Shown: positions 28,548 through 37,719, counted from the first letter of the stretch. The stretch: DNA of 64,000 bases from Candidatus Falkowbacteria bacterium (GCA_018674305.1 JABHAL010000001.1:68635-132634); one strand, 5' to 3'. A program made the numbers and translations. Notes: generated by a model from the sequence alone, not told the origin.

Positions 28548-29711
28548 CTATTTTTCGCAAGTTGACCCACTAAACCAACCCAAGTCCACAAAAATCTTAA
28601 CTTGCCCCTCTCCACGAGCCAAGCCTTGCAAAGCCTTGCCAACTACAGTAGCTGGATCAACTGCTTTCATTCCCACACCTGCTGTACTGGATGCTGTAAC
28701 CCAATCGCCAGGATTAATTGGGCCATTTTCTGTATTAACTTTAACCGGCACAATTCCGGCCAAAGCTACTGGTTGACCATTAACGTATTGTGCGTCATTT
28801 AATGTCATTGAAGGGGAAGTTGAAACTACCCCAATAACTGTTGCACTTCGCTTTGTTGCTTTAATTAATTCTAATTGCTGATTAGTCGCGACAATTTCAC
28901 CCGCGTCTACCCTTTGCGCCATTGTTAAGGCTTCAGCTAAATCACCACAACCGCTGCAACCACTCTGAACAGTTAAACCTCCATTAACATATACATTACC
29001 CTCAAAATGAGCAGCTAATTGTTTTCCATACGCTTTTAACCCAACATCAGTTTTTCCCAATTCAGTATAACTGGTGACCTGTTGATGAGAATTTAGATTT
29101 GCAGCTCTTAAACCTATAGGTTGTCCATTATCAAAATATGTCAGAGAAGTTTCACTGCGCTTTCTATTACTTGAATTGACTAAAATCGAAGTTAAACCTT
29201 TTTCCTTTGCCTGGATACTCAAACCTGTACTATTACTCCCGACAGAAGCTCCCAGGTCCGAACCAAAAATATAAGCGCCGGTAGCGCCACTATATATGAA
29301 AGCGCCGACCCCAGTTGTTGCATAATTCATTGCCCTAACACCTGTTGAATTGGAACTATAAATTTCAGTATTAAATCCTATGCTAGCATCCTTTTTTATA
29401 TTCGAGTAAAATGAAAACTTTGGCATTCCCATAAAAGTCGAAATACTTTGATCGCTATTATTTACTTTAATTCCACCATAAACACTTTGTTTAATTGCCA
29501 AGGAATAACCAGACCCAGGATCTGCACCCATGAGACCTAACGAACCTTGTTTAATCTGCTTGTTAACACTAATGTTTAGTGGTGGCTCAACATTGCCCGC
29601 AGGTGGAGATTTAATCGGTTCTGTCCAAGCAGAAGCTTGATTCAACATTAAGACACAACCAAACGAGGTTGCTAAAAACACAAAAGCTAACATGAAATAT
29701 GTTTTCTTCAT
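28548..29711 (-). CDS. Secreted fibre-like protein with a C-terminal autoproteolytic chaperone-like (peptidase G2-like) domain
   Basis: Signal peptide; PPAGNVEPPLN; DLAE...IGVVST...VALAGIVPVKV...GDWVTAS...VGKAL. Confidence 0.65.
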   Translation of the reverse strand: MKKTYFMLAFVFLATSFGCVLMLNQASAWTEPIKSPPAGNVEPPLNISVNKQIKQGSLGLMGADPGSGYSLAIKQSVYGGIKVNNSDQSISTFMGMPKFSFYSNIKKDASIGFNTEIYSSNSTGVRAMNYATTGVGAFIYSGATGAYIFGSDLGASVGSNSTGLSIQAKEKGLTSILVNSSNRKRSETSLTYFDNGQPIGLRAANLNSHQQVTSYTELGKTDVGLKAYGKQLAAHFEGNVYVNGGLTVQSGCSGCGDLAEALTMAQRVDAGEIVATNQQLELIKATKRSATVIGVVSTSPSMTLNDAQYVNGQPVALAGIVPVKVNTENGPINPGDWVTASSTAGVGMKAVDPATVVGKALQGLARGEGQVKIFVDLGWFSGSTCEK

Positions 29712-29821
29712 ACTTGACCGTTTTTTAGTTTTACAATTTTCTTCTCATTTAATTATACCATCATTTAACTTAAGTCACAATTTATGTTATAATTTTATGG
29801 CTGATTATTAATTATAATTCT

Positions 29822-30340
29822 ATGAACAATCTTTTAACTTGGACAATTGTTATCATTTTAATCATAATGGTTGGTTTTATCTGTTTACTAGCTGGAATCT
29901 ATGTTGGGAAAAATATTCTAGCAAATGACAAAATTGAACAAGCTCAACAAGTTGCGGTTCAAGAATTTGCAGAGCAAGTCAAACAACTACCAGTTTTTAA
30001 CTTGATGCCCAGTCAACCAGATGATTTAATTCACGCTACAATCAAATCTATTTCCAATCAAACCATAACTGTTGCCTCTGAAATAAGAACTATTGATGAT
30101 ATTATAAAAGACCAGCCACGGGAATTGAAATTCAAAGTTACGCCAAATACTAAAATTTTCTATATTAAAATTAATCAGGATATTGCCTTTTCAGAAGGAC
30201 TAGACTTCAACTCAATTGCCCAGGAAATGCCACTTGCACTGGAGGACCTACAAATCAATGACCAAGCATCTATCAAGATTAATCCACAAGACAAAGACAA
30301 CCCTTTGATTAATGCACTAGAAATTAAAGTAAACCGATAA
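29822..30340 (+). CDS. Membrane-anchored hypothetical protein
   Basis: N-terminal TM helix, 172-aa ORF. Confidence 0.7.
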   Translation: MNNLLTWTIVIILIIMVGFICLLAGIYVGKNILANDKIEQAQQVAVQEFAEQVKQLPVFNLMPSQPDDLIHATIKSISNQTITVASEIRTIDDIIKDQPRELKFKVTPNTKIFYIKINQDIAFSEGLDFNSIAQEMPLALEDLQINDQASIKINPQDKDNPLINALEIKVNR

Positions 30341-30350
30341 ACTACAAAAA

Positions 30351-30402
30351 AAACTTCCACCTCGTCATTCCGAACTCGATCCGGAATCTAAGGTGGAAGT
30401 TT
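30351..30402. terminator. Bidirectional terminator whose loop is a REP-like palindrome
   Basis: aaacttccacct [cgtcattccgaactcgatccggaatcta] aggtggaagttt. Confidence 0.8.
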
Positions 30403-30418
30403 TTTTATTTAGATAATT

Positions 30419-31516
30419 TTAATCTTCCTGCTTCAACTCTTGCAATAATCTTTTCTGTCTTCTACTTAATTTTTTAGGAACTTGAACTTCAACCTCAACA
30501 TATAAATCACCACGTCCAGGTGAATTCAAATAAGTAACGCCTTTATCACGCACTCTGAATCTAGTCCCTGGTTGCGTTCCAGCTGGAATCTTGAGACTAA
30601 GTTCACCGTCTAAAGTTTTCACATCAATCTTATCGCCCAGTGAAGCCTGAACAAATGAAATTGATTCTTTTACATGAATGTCATTACCATGTCGTCTATA
30701 CCTACTCTCAGCCTTAACATGAACCCTCACATACAAATCTCCTGGATGACCACCATAAGGGGCAGCATTGCCCTTGCCAGTTAATCTAATTGCGGAACCA
30801 CCTTCGATACCGGCAGGGATTTCCAATTCAAGACTTTGTTTTTTTCTAGCAACTCCCTGGCCACTACACTTAGTACATGGTTTTTCAGCTTTTTTACCCT
30901 CGCCATTACACTCCTGACAAACACTTGCAGTCTGAAATGCACCTAACATAGTTTGCTGTACTTTACTAACCTGTCCTTGTCCCTTACAAGTAGTACAAGT
31001 TTTGATCGGAGTACCAGGTTCAGCCATGTTTCCATTACAATGCTCACACTTTACAGTTTTGAATAGTTCAACTTGCTTTTTTATACCAAAAACTGAATCC
31101 TTGAAACTTATTTGTAAATCAATTTGAATATCTTCACCGTGACTTTGTTGCCTAGAACGAGACCCTCCACCAAAACCAAACATATCACCAAAAATATCTC
31201 CCAAATCCAATCCACCAAAATCAAATTTAACACCCCCGCCACCGCCACTTCTAGCCTGCCGCATAAAATCACCCCAATTCATACCACCGCCAAAGCCACC
31301 TTGTTGGTCAAATGTTGTACCATACTGATCATATTGTTGACGTTTTTCTGGCTTTCCAAGGACTTGATAAGCTTCATTTATTTCCTTAAATTTGGCTTCA
31401 TTGCCGGTTTCCTTATCTGGATGATGCTTATGTGCCAATTTACGAAAAGCGCGCTTAACTTCATCTTGAGTAGCGCTTTTATCAATTCCTAAAATTTTGT
31501 AATAATCTTTTCCCAT
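30419..31516 (-). CDS. dnaJ: Chaperone DnaJ
   Basis: J domain with HPD, G/F region, four CxxCxGxG-type repeats. Confidence 0.97.
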   Translation of the reverse strand: MGKDYYKILGIDKSATQDEVKRAFRKLAHKHHPDKETGNEAKFKEINEAYQVLGKPEKRQQYDQYGTTFDQQGGFGGGMNWGDFMRQARSGGGGGVKFDFGGLDLGDIFGDMFGFGGGSRSRQQSHGEDIQIDLQISFKDSVFGIKKQVELFKTVKCEHCNGNMAEPGTPIKTCTTCKGQGQVSKVQQTMLGAFQTASVCQECNGEGKKAEKPCTKCSGQGVARKKQSLELEIPAGIEGGSAIRLTGKGNAAPYGGHPGDLYVRVHVKAESRYRRHGNDIHVKESISFVQASLGDKIDVKTLDGELSLKIPAGTQPGTRFRVRDKGVTYLNSPGRGDLYVEVEVQVPKKLSRRQKRLLQELKQED

Positions 31517-31518
31517 AT

Positions 31519-31947
31519 TTAACTTTTCTGAAAATAATTAAATTCTTTTAACTGTTCTTCAACTTCAGTTTCCGTTAAAAAGAAATTCTCACTTTCATCT
31601 TCTTTAATTTGAACCGGATCTGGGTTTTGAAAATTGAACTCATCAGATCGAATAGTTTTAATTTTATTTTTTCGAGCAATGTATTTTAATTCTTTGTCTG
31701 AGGTGACCAAAATGTAATATGACGGATTATCGCATGTCTCAACGATTTCGGCAATAGACTTATCCGCATCACCTGCAAATTCTACCTGAACAAGTTCGGT
31801 GTTCAAGTTTTCATTTGAATAACCATCAAACACTATTTTTGCTCTCTTTTTACGGTAAACACAAAATTTGTTCAGAGATGAAATTAATTCTTCTCGAGTA
31901 TCAAGATCTGTAGAATATAGTAGGTTGTAACCGTCGACTAAGTACAT
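31519..31947 (-). CDS. NYN/PIN domain protein (YacP-like)
   Basis: YLVDGYNL, IVFDG, DAD, VTSD. Confidence 0.85.
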   Translation of the reverse strand: MYLVDGYNLLYSTDLDTREELISSLNKFCVYRKKRAKIVFDGYSNENLNTELVQVEFAGDADKSIAEIVETCDNPSYYILVTSDKELKYIARKNKIKTIRSDEFNFQNPDPVQIKEDESENFFLTETEVEEQLKEFNYFQKS

Positions 31948-31966
31948 AAGTGATTACTGAATTTAC

Positions 31967-31984
31967 CTGCCTGCCGGCAGGCAG
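31967..31984. repeat. Perfect 18-bp GC-rich palindrome inside a tactga(t) micro-repeat array
   Basis: ctgcctgccggcaggcag. Confidence 0.85.
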
Positions 31985-32119
31985 ACTGATATACTGATGA
32001 ACCAAGGAATAATTGCCAAAGTTGGCAGTATGTCAATATTAAGCAGTCTTGACTTTGACTAAATTTAGATAAATTTGAGCATTATTCATACGTCATAATT
32101 CATAATTCATTACTCGCCC

Positions 32120-32148
32120 TTGACTTTTTATTAAAAATATGCTATAAT
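32120..32148 (+). promoter_or_regulatory. Sigma70 promoter with extended -10
   Basis: TTGACT-17-TATAAT. Confidence 0.78.
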
Positions 32149-32182
32149 GTAATTGAAAATATAATAATGTTCCTTTCACTTT

Positions 32183-32221
32183 GGCAGCTATGCCTGGGCT
32201 AAATCCCCAATAATAGCAGGA
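32183..32221 (+). promoter_or_regulatory. Structured leader element, copy 1
   Basis: GGCAGCTATGCC-tggg..ccca-ATAATAGCAGGA. Confidence 0.6.
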
Positions 32222-32227
32222 AATTTA

Positions 32228-32323
32228 ATGATAGACGATCCTTCGTCTCCCGTATTCAAGGCATTTCTGTGGTACCTGGCTTTTTCTGCAGTGCTTTTCA
32301 TCATTGGTGGCATTTTCGGTTAA
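32228..32323 (+). CDS. 31-aa single-TM peptide
   Basis: MIDDPSSPVFKAFLWYLAFSAVLFIIGGIFG*; RBS agga. Confidence 0.55.
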   Translation: MIDDPSSPVFKAFLWYLAFSAVLFIIGGIFG

Positions 32324-32333
32324 CTTATCTTTA

Positions 32334-32374
32334 GGCAGCTATGCCAGGGACGTATGTGCCCATAATAGCAAGGA
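32334..32374 (+). promoter_or_regulatory. Structured leader element, copy 2
   Basis: GGCAGCTATGCC-aggg..ccc-ATAATAGCAAGGA. Confidence 0.6.
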
Positions 32375-32380
32375 ATAATC

Positions 32381-32929
32381 ATGAAACTTATCAATGCCCT
32401 TCTCATTGCTGTTGTTCTGTTGGTTGGTCTCTCTGGTTGCGATTTCGGTGGAGAGGAAAATTCCACTGAGACTACTGAATTGTCAGAAGAGATGACAACT
32501 GTCGAGACGGTCGAAGTACCCGAGACCGAGATTTACGTCTCGGTGATGGGCTGTTTCCCCGTTCTGAAAAGTGACATAGACATGGGCGTCTACCCGACTT
32601 GGACCGGTACAGTAACGTACAAAACGCCCAGTCCTGGGCAAGCCGGCACCAAGGTAGTTAGTATCACCGGTCTTCCGGTCAACATGCACGGTTGCTTTGT
32701 TGGTCCGTATGTAAAACTGGAAGACTTGGAAATCGGGTTCTGGATTTACACCTCTGATTTCTACGAAGGACTGGATGACTACCGAATTCCGAATTTAGCG
32801 GAACTGCGGATCGCCACGTTCACAGCCGGCGTCGAAGACTATGACCTGGAAACAAAAGAGGTCAACTTCGGCGATTTGGAAGAAAATGGCTTTCCTATCT
32901 GGGACGCCAACACTTACCCGAACAGATAA
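32381..32929 (+). CDS. Acidic lipoprotein, unknown function
   Basis: Lipobox LSGC; RBS aagga; more GC-rich than the backbone. Confidence 0.75.
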   Translation: MKLINALLIAVVLLVGLSGCDFGGEENSTETTELSEEMTTVETVEVPETEIYVSVMGCFPVLKSDIDMGVYPTWTGTVTYKTPSPGQAGTKVVSITGLPVNMHGCFVGPYVKLEDLEIGFWIYTSDFYEGLDDYRIPNLAELRIATFTAGVEDYDLETKEVNFGDLEENGFPIWDANTYPNR

Positions 32930-32941
32930 AGGAGAAATAAC

Positions 32942-33631
32942 ATGAATTGGAAACTGGCTATAATTATAGGGATCTGTTGTGGGTTCGGCATGGGTGTTGT
33001 TCTAACACTAGCTAGCTATGAGCCTAGTAAAGATTGCGTATGTGGGGAACCCAAGGCTCTCCTTATCGTCAAGTACGATAAGCTCCCCTTCGGTAATCAC
33101 GTCGGTACCCTTCACGGGACCAACTACGACCCGAAAAAGAATAAGGGAATCCCTTTCACTCAACAAGTCGAATCCATGAACAATGAACTGGTTTTTGAGA
33201 ATCTCGAACTCCCTGTCGGAACTCCGATGTGGATTCAGCTCTCGGACAACAAGGGAAAGAAACCCTCCTACGCCACGGTCTACGTAACAGGAGATCAGCC
33301 AGAGATTTACGAACTCGCGCTGAGCAACTACGACCCAGACAAAGGCTGGCAAATGGAACTTGGAATACTTCTCGAACACCCCAGGATCAAGAACAGCGGG
33401 CATGTCCTTTCAGAGGATGACAACCGTGTTCTTGGCTATCTTGGCGAGAACTACTCGATCGAGAGACATGGAGCATTGGCTACGCTTTACCGAAAAGGAC
33501 AAGTCGTTGCCAAAGAATACCATAAGTTCTACATCGACAACGGAATGGTTTTTGGTCAACTCAACGCACCGCATGAGACGATTGAGTTGGTTCTTCGACC
33601 GGAACGAATGCTGACACCACCGAACCTTTAG
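32942..33631 (+). CDS. Membrane-anchored/secreted hypothetical protein
   Basis: RBS aaggag; N-terminal TM; terminator at ~33647-33674. Confidence 0.75.
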   Translation: MNWKLAIIIGICCGFGMGVVLTLASYEPSKDCVCGEPKALLIVKYDKLPFGNHVGTLHGTNYDPKKNKGIPFTQQVESMNNELVFENLELPVGTPMWIQLSDNKGKKPSYATVYVTGDQPEIYELALSNYDPDKGWQMELGILLEHPRIKNSGHVLSEDDNRVLGYLGENYSIERHGALATLYRKGQVVAKEYHKFYIDNGMVFGQLNAPHETIELVLRPERMLTPPNL

Positions 33632-33739
33632 AAATTCCTCAACAAGGAGCTCAACCTGAATCTAGGTTGGGCTCTTTTCTTTTTAAAACAACTCAATAAA
33701 TAATTATCATGTTGAATGTTTTGTAACAACAACCCAAAT

Positions 33740-34156
33740 TGTCATGCTGAGTTTACCGAAGTACGACAATTATCATGGCTTAACTAAGACAGCCCTTCTG
33801 TATACTCAAGGTGACATGGGCTATTATAATTATTCTCATTTGCAATAGCAATCAAATCATCAATTCTACCCTCAATTAAAGCTATTTTTTTTCGTCTTGA
33901 CCAACCTTTAATCTGCTTTTCTAATGAGATAGCTTCATTTACATCATAAAAATCATTAGAATACACCAACTTAACAGGACGTCGACTATATGTATAACTT
34001 TTAGAGTTCAAACCTCTTTGATGACCAGACAATCTGGCATCCAAATCATTTGTAATTCCAGTGTAAAAACTACCATCAGAGCATTTTAAAATGTATGTGA
34101 AGTATGTTTTCATTTATAGTTGAGTAATGTCGTGCTTCGGTAAACTCAGCATGACA
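33740..34156. mobile_element. GIY-YIG cassette bounded by 29-bp inverted REP-like repeats
   Basis: 33740-33768 tgtcatgctgagtttaccgaagtacgaca matches the reverse complement of 34128-34156 at 28/29 positions. Confidence 0.7.
33784..34113 (-). CDS. GIY-YIG nuclease (UPF0213-like)
   Basis: YILKCSDGSFYTGIT, YTYSRRPVKLVY, EKQIKGWSRRKK. Confidence 0.92.
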   Translation of the reverse strand: MKTYFTYILKCSDGSFYTGITNDLDARLSGHQRGLNSKSYTYSRRPVKLVYSNDFYDVNEAISLEKQIKGWSRRKKIALIEGRIDDLIAIANENNYNSPCHLEYTEGLS

Positions 34157-34165
34157 TTACTTTTT

Positions 34166-34195
34166 TTATTCACTCTTTTTTTCCTCAAAATCAGC
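34166..34195 (-). repeat. Synonymously recoded duplicate of the dnaK 3' end
   Basis: gct gat ttt gag gaa aaa aag agt gaa taa (ADFEEKKSE*) versus dnaK gca gat ttt gaa gag aaa aaa tag. Confidence 0.7.
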
Positions 34196-34242
34196 CCCGA
34201 AGTACATGCTAACGCATGACTTCAGGGTAAACATCTTGAATA

Positions 34243-36231
34243 CTATTTTTTCTCTTCAAAATCTGCATCTTGAGTATTAGCGTCAGGCTCTGAGTTTGCT
34301 GAATCAGCACCTGAAGGATTATCAGATTCAGTGTTATTTTCTTTACTGGTTTCACTTGTCTCGCCGGTCTCGCTTGTCTTGCTGGTTTCACTTGTCTCGC
34401 TTGCCCCGTTTGTCTCACCTGCAGCTTGCTGTGCCTGATACATTGATTGACCAACTTTCATAGCGACTTCATTAACTTCTTCCAATTTTTTCTTTATAGC
34501 TTCAATATCTTCACCATCTTTAATTTTTTTCAATTCTTCAACTTTATCAGTTAACTCTTTTTTAACATCTTCTGGAACTTTATCACCTGAATCTTTCAAC
34601 ATTTTTTCTGTGCTATAACAAACAGCGTCAGCCTGATTTTTAATTTCAATCTGTTCTTTCTTTTTCTTGTCTTCCTCAGCGTGAGTTTCTGCATCTTTTT
34701 TCATTTTCTCAACTTCTTCCTTACTTAAACCAGAAGAAGCAGTAATTGTAATATTTTGCTCTTTATTGGATGCTTTATCTTTTGCCTTTACATTTAGAAT
34801 ACCATTAGCATCAATATCAAAACTGACTTCAACCTGAGGAACACCACGCGGTGCTGGCGGAAGACCATCAAGGATAAATCTACCTAAAGTTTTATTATCT
34901 TGAGCCATATCACGCTCGCCCTGCAATACATGAATCTCTACTGTACTTTGACTATCTGCAGCAGTTGAAAAAACCTGAGTTTTGGAAGTTGGAATAGTAG
35001 TATTTCTCTCAATTAATTTTGTCATTACTCCACCAAGAGTTTCTAGCCCAAGTGACAAAGGCGTTACGTCCAGCAAAAGAACATCTTTAACATCACCTTG
35101 AAGTACTCCGGCCTGAACAGCTGCACCTAGTGCTACAACTTCATCAGGATTAACTCCAACGTGTGGTTTTTTACCAAAAAATTCTTCAACCATTTTTTGT
35201 ACCAATGGCATCCTAGTCATACCACCAACCATAAGTATTTCTTCCAAATCTGAAACTTTCAGCCCAGCATCTGCTAAAGCTTTTTTACATGGTTCTAAGG
35301 TTCTTTCTACTAAAGGAGAAACTAATTCTTCTAGCTTCGCCCTGCTAACTTTTTTCACTAAGTGAGTTGGGTTCCCACTAGAATCTTGTGCAATAAAAGG
35401 TTGATTGATTTCAGTTTCCTGGGAAGTTGACAATTCAATCTTGGCTTTTTCAGCAGCTTCTTTAACTCGCTGCAAGGCCATTTGATCCTTACTTAGATCA
35501 ACGCCAGTTTCAGATTTAAACTCCTGAATTATCCAATCAATAATAACTTTATCAAAATCATCACCACCTAGATGAGTATCGCCATTAGTAGACTTTACTT
35601 CAACTGTATCATCTCCAACCTCTAAGATTGATACATCAAAAGTTCCACCACCAAGATCATAAACTGCTATTTGCTCACCTTTTTTCTTATCAAAACCATA
35701 AGCCAAAGCTGCGGCAGTTGGTTCATTAATAATTCTACGAACTTTAAGTCCAGCGATTTCACCAGCATCTTTCGTTGCTTGTCGTTGTGCGTCGTTAAAA
35801 TATGCAGGTACAGTAATTACAGCTTCATCAATTTTTTCACCTATTTTTTCTTCCGCATCAGTTTTTAATTTTTGCAGTAGCATAGCTGAAATTTCTTGTG
35901 GAGTATATTCCTTGTCTGCCATTTTAACCTTTACACCATCACCTGCTTGAACTAAGTCATAAGGGAGAGTTCCCTTATCTTTTTGAACTTCATCATCTGA
36001 AAAACGAAGTCCAATCATGCGTTTGATTGAAAACACTGTATCTTTTGGATTAGTAACTGCTTGCCTTTTGGCAGACAACCCAACTAAACGTTCACCAGTT
36101 TTGCCAATCGCAATAACTGAAGGAGTAGTCCTGTTTCCTTCTTTGTTTTCTAAAATTTTTGGCTTTCCCCCCTCCACAATAGCCATACAACTATTTGTTG
36201 TACCTAAATCGATTCCTAAGATTTTTCCCAT
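34243..36231 (-). CDS. dnaK: Chaperone DnaK
   Basis: [25 protein letters not shown]; start MGKILG. Confidence 0.98.
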   Translation of the reverse strand: MGKILGIDLGTTNSCMAIVEGGKPKILENKEGNRTTPSVIAIGKTGERLVGLSAKRQAVTNPKDTVFSIKRMIGLRFSDDEVQKDKGTLPYDLVQAGDGVKVKMADKEYTPQEISAMLLQKLKTDAEEKIGEKIDEAVITVPAYFNDAQRQATKDAGEIAGLKVRRIINEPTAAALAYGFDKKKGEQIAVYDLGGGTFDVSILEVGDDTVEVKSTNGDTHLGGDDFDKVIIDWIIQEFKSETGVDLSKDQMALQRVKEAAEKAKIELSTSQETEINQPFIAQDSSGNPTHLVKKVSRAKLEELVSPLVERTLEPCKKALADAGLKVSDLEEILMVGGMTRMPLVQKMVEEFFGKKPHVGVNPDEVVALGAAVQAGVLQGDVKDVLLLDVTPLSLGLETLGGVMTKLIERNTTIPTSKTQVFSTAADSQSTVEIHVLQGERDMAQDNKTLGRFILDGLPPAPRGVPQVEVSFDIDANGILNVKAKDKASNKEQNITITASSGLSKEEVEKMKKDAETHAEEDKKKKEQIEIKNQADAVCYSTEKMLKDSGDKVPEDVKKELTDKVEELKKIKDGEDIEAIKKKLEEVNEVAMKVGQSMYQAQQAAGETNGASETSETSKTSETGETSETSKENNTESDNPSGADSANSEPDANTQDADFEEKK

Positions 36232-36322
36232 ACTTATTTCAGAAACTAGCAATAGGAAGTTAGAAAATAGGGTTTATAGATCCTGCCTTTACCCGAGTTT
36301 CTAATTTCGAATCTCCAGTTTA

Positions 36323-36469
36323 TTATTTATTTGTATAAATTTCTTTGTTATTATTATCTTCATCAACATTGTTTAATTGACCAAAACTATAAGCTATACC
36401 CTTCAAGGTTCCAGCCAAACAAATATAGATTACAAGAAAACAGCTTCTAATTACCTTCATTAAAGTCAT
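36323..36469 (-). CDS. Small hypothetical protein between grpE and dnaK
   Basis: MTLMKVIRSCFLVIYICLAG... begins just after the grpE stop. Confidence 0.4.
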   Translation of the reverse strand: MTLMKVIRSCFLVIYICLAGTLKGIAYSFGQLNNVDEDNNNKEIYTNK

Positions 36470-36470
36470 A

Positions 36471-36998
36471 TTATTCAGAGTGATTAACAATGACTTTAGC
36501 CACTTGAACAACTTTATTGTTCAATGTATATCCAGAACGAATTTCTTTTATAATTTCACCCTCGTCTGCACTTGTTTCGTTTGGAGTGGCGGACGGATCG
36601 CAATCCGTCCCTACATTGTTTTCAACGGCTTCATGCAGGCTCGGATCAAACTGCTCACCCACTGTTTTGATACATTCAACGCCATTTTGTTGCAGAAAAT
36701 CCTCCAACTGCTTCTTTATGTAACCAAATCCAACTACCCATGGACTATCCTTATCATTTTCCGGAATCTGATTAAATGCAGTTTTAAAATTATCTAGAAT
36801 CGGCAGCAGCTCTACAATTAGATTAGCATTGGCATACTTGACGTATTCCTTGCGTTTTTCTTCAGACTCTTTGATTAGATTCTGATAATCTGCTTGTGCT
36901 CGCTTCCAACCATCAAGATATTCAACACTTTGTTGTTCTAACTTCTCCAATTTACTTAATTGTTTTTTTGCTTTTTTGTTTTCTTTCTTTTTTGTCAT
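36471..36998 (-). CDS. grpE: Nucleotide exchange factor GrpE
   Basis: RAQADYQN, LLPILDNF, FDPSLHEAV, GYTLNNKVVQVAKV. Confidence 0.95.
   Translation of the reverse strand: MTKKKENKKAKKQLSKLEKLEQQSVEYLDGWKRAQADYQNLIKESEEKRKEYVKYANANLIVELLPILDNFKTAFNQIPENDKDSPWVVGFGYIKKQLEDFLQQNGVECIKTVGEQFDPSLHEAVENNVGTDCDPSATPNETSADEGEIIKEIRSGYTLNNKVVQVAKVIVNHSE
36591..36614 (-). repeat. GTAG-type REP element in frame within grpE
   Basis: GTAG-GGACGGAT-tgcg-ATCCGTCC. Confidence 0.7.
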
Positions 36999-37003
36999 AA
37001 TGA

Positions 37004-37696
37004 TTATTTTAATAATTTCACACTTTCTTTAACTAGAGCATAATTCTTTTGATAATCCATACGCATTGGACCAATCAAAGCGATTATTCCTTTATACTTG
37101 CCTAATTGATATTTAAATACAACTAAACTACAGTCACAACCAATTGGATTTTTCGAGCCAATAAATACTTCAGGTTCATCAAAGTCTTTTTCATCAAGTT
37201 CAAAGACTTTTGTATCAAGACGATCAATAACAGATGACAAATTAACCACTAAATCAGAGTTTTGAAATTCCGGCTGTGAAAAAATATTCGATAGTCCTGT
37301 GTAATAATTATCACACTCTGCAAAAGTAACCATCACGCCTTGCTTTGAAAGCGCAGCTATTTTCTTGGCAAAGTTTTTTATTTTAACTCGATCCTCAGTT
37401 TCCTGTTTTTCAATTTCCTCAAGTAACTTTTTTTCTATTGTATTCAATTCTTTTTCTTTATCTAAATAGTTTTCAACATAAAACTGATAAGCTTTTTCAG
37501 TTGGAATTCTACCAGCCGAAGTATGTGGTTGAAAAATATAGCCTTCCTTTTCAAGTGCAACTAATTCATTTCTCACCGTGGCAGGACTGAGTTTTTGTTT
37601 CATTTTGGCTACCAAAAAACTTGAAGCTAAAGGTTTAGCATCTTTAATAAATGCTTCAATAATCCGTTTTAATATTTTTCTTTGACGTTCATTCAT
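37004..37696 (-). CDS. hrcA: Heat-inducible repressor HrcA (short form)
   Basis: SPATVRNEL..LE..GY..QPHTSAGRIPT; IGPMRMDY. Confidence 0.93.
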   Translation of the reverse strand: MNERQRKILKRIIEAFIKDAKPLASSFLVAKMKQKLSPATVRNELVALEKEGYIFQPHTSAGRIPTEKAYQFYVENYLDKEKELNTIEKKLLEEIEKQETEDRVKIKNFAKKIAALSKQGVMVTFAECDNYYTGLSNIFSQPEFQNSDLVVNLSSVIDRLDTKVFELDEKDFDEPEVFIGSKNPIGCDCSLVVFKYQLGKYKGIIALIGPMRMDYQKNYALVKESVKLLK

Positions 37697-37719
37697 ACTA
37701 ACACCATTCTAACAAAAAA

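Noticed and set aside
32022-32062. Second CIRCE upstream of NYN-dnaJ
   Set aside because: Only partial half-sites (ttggcagta, taagcagtc) with no correctly spaced inverted arm
34209-34454. Alternate-frame ORF over the dnaK tail (possible frameshift product)
   Set aside because: Open only because the 9-bp repeat lacks stops; no RBS or clear slippery-site evidence
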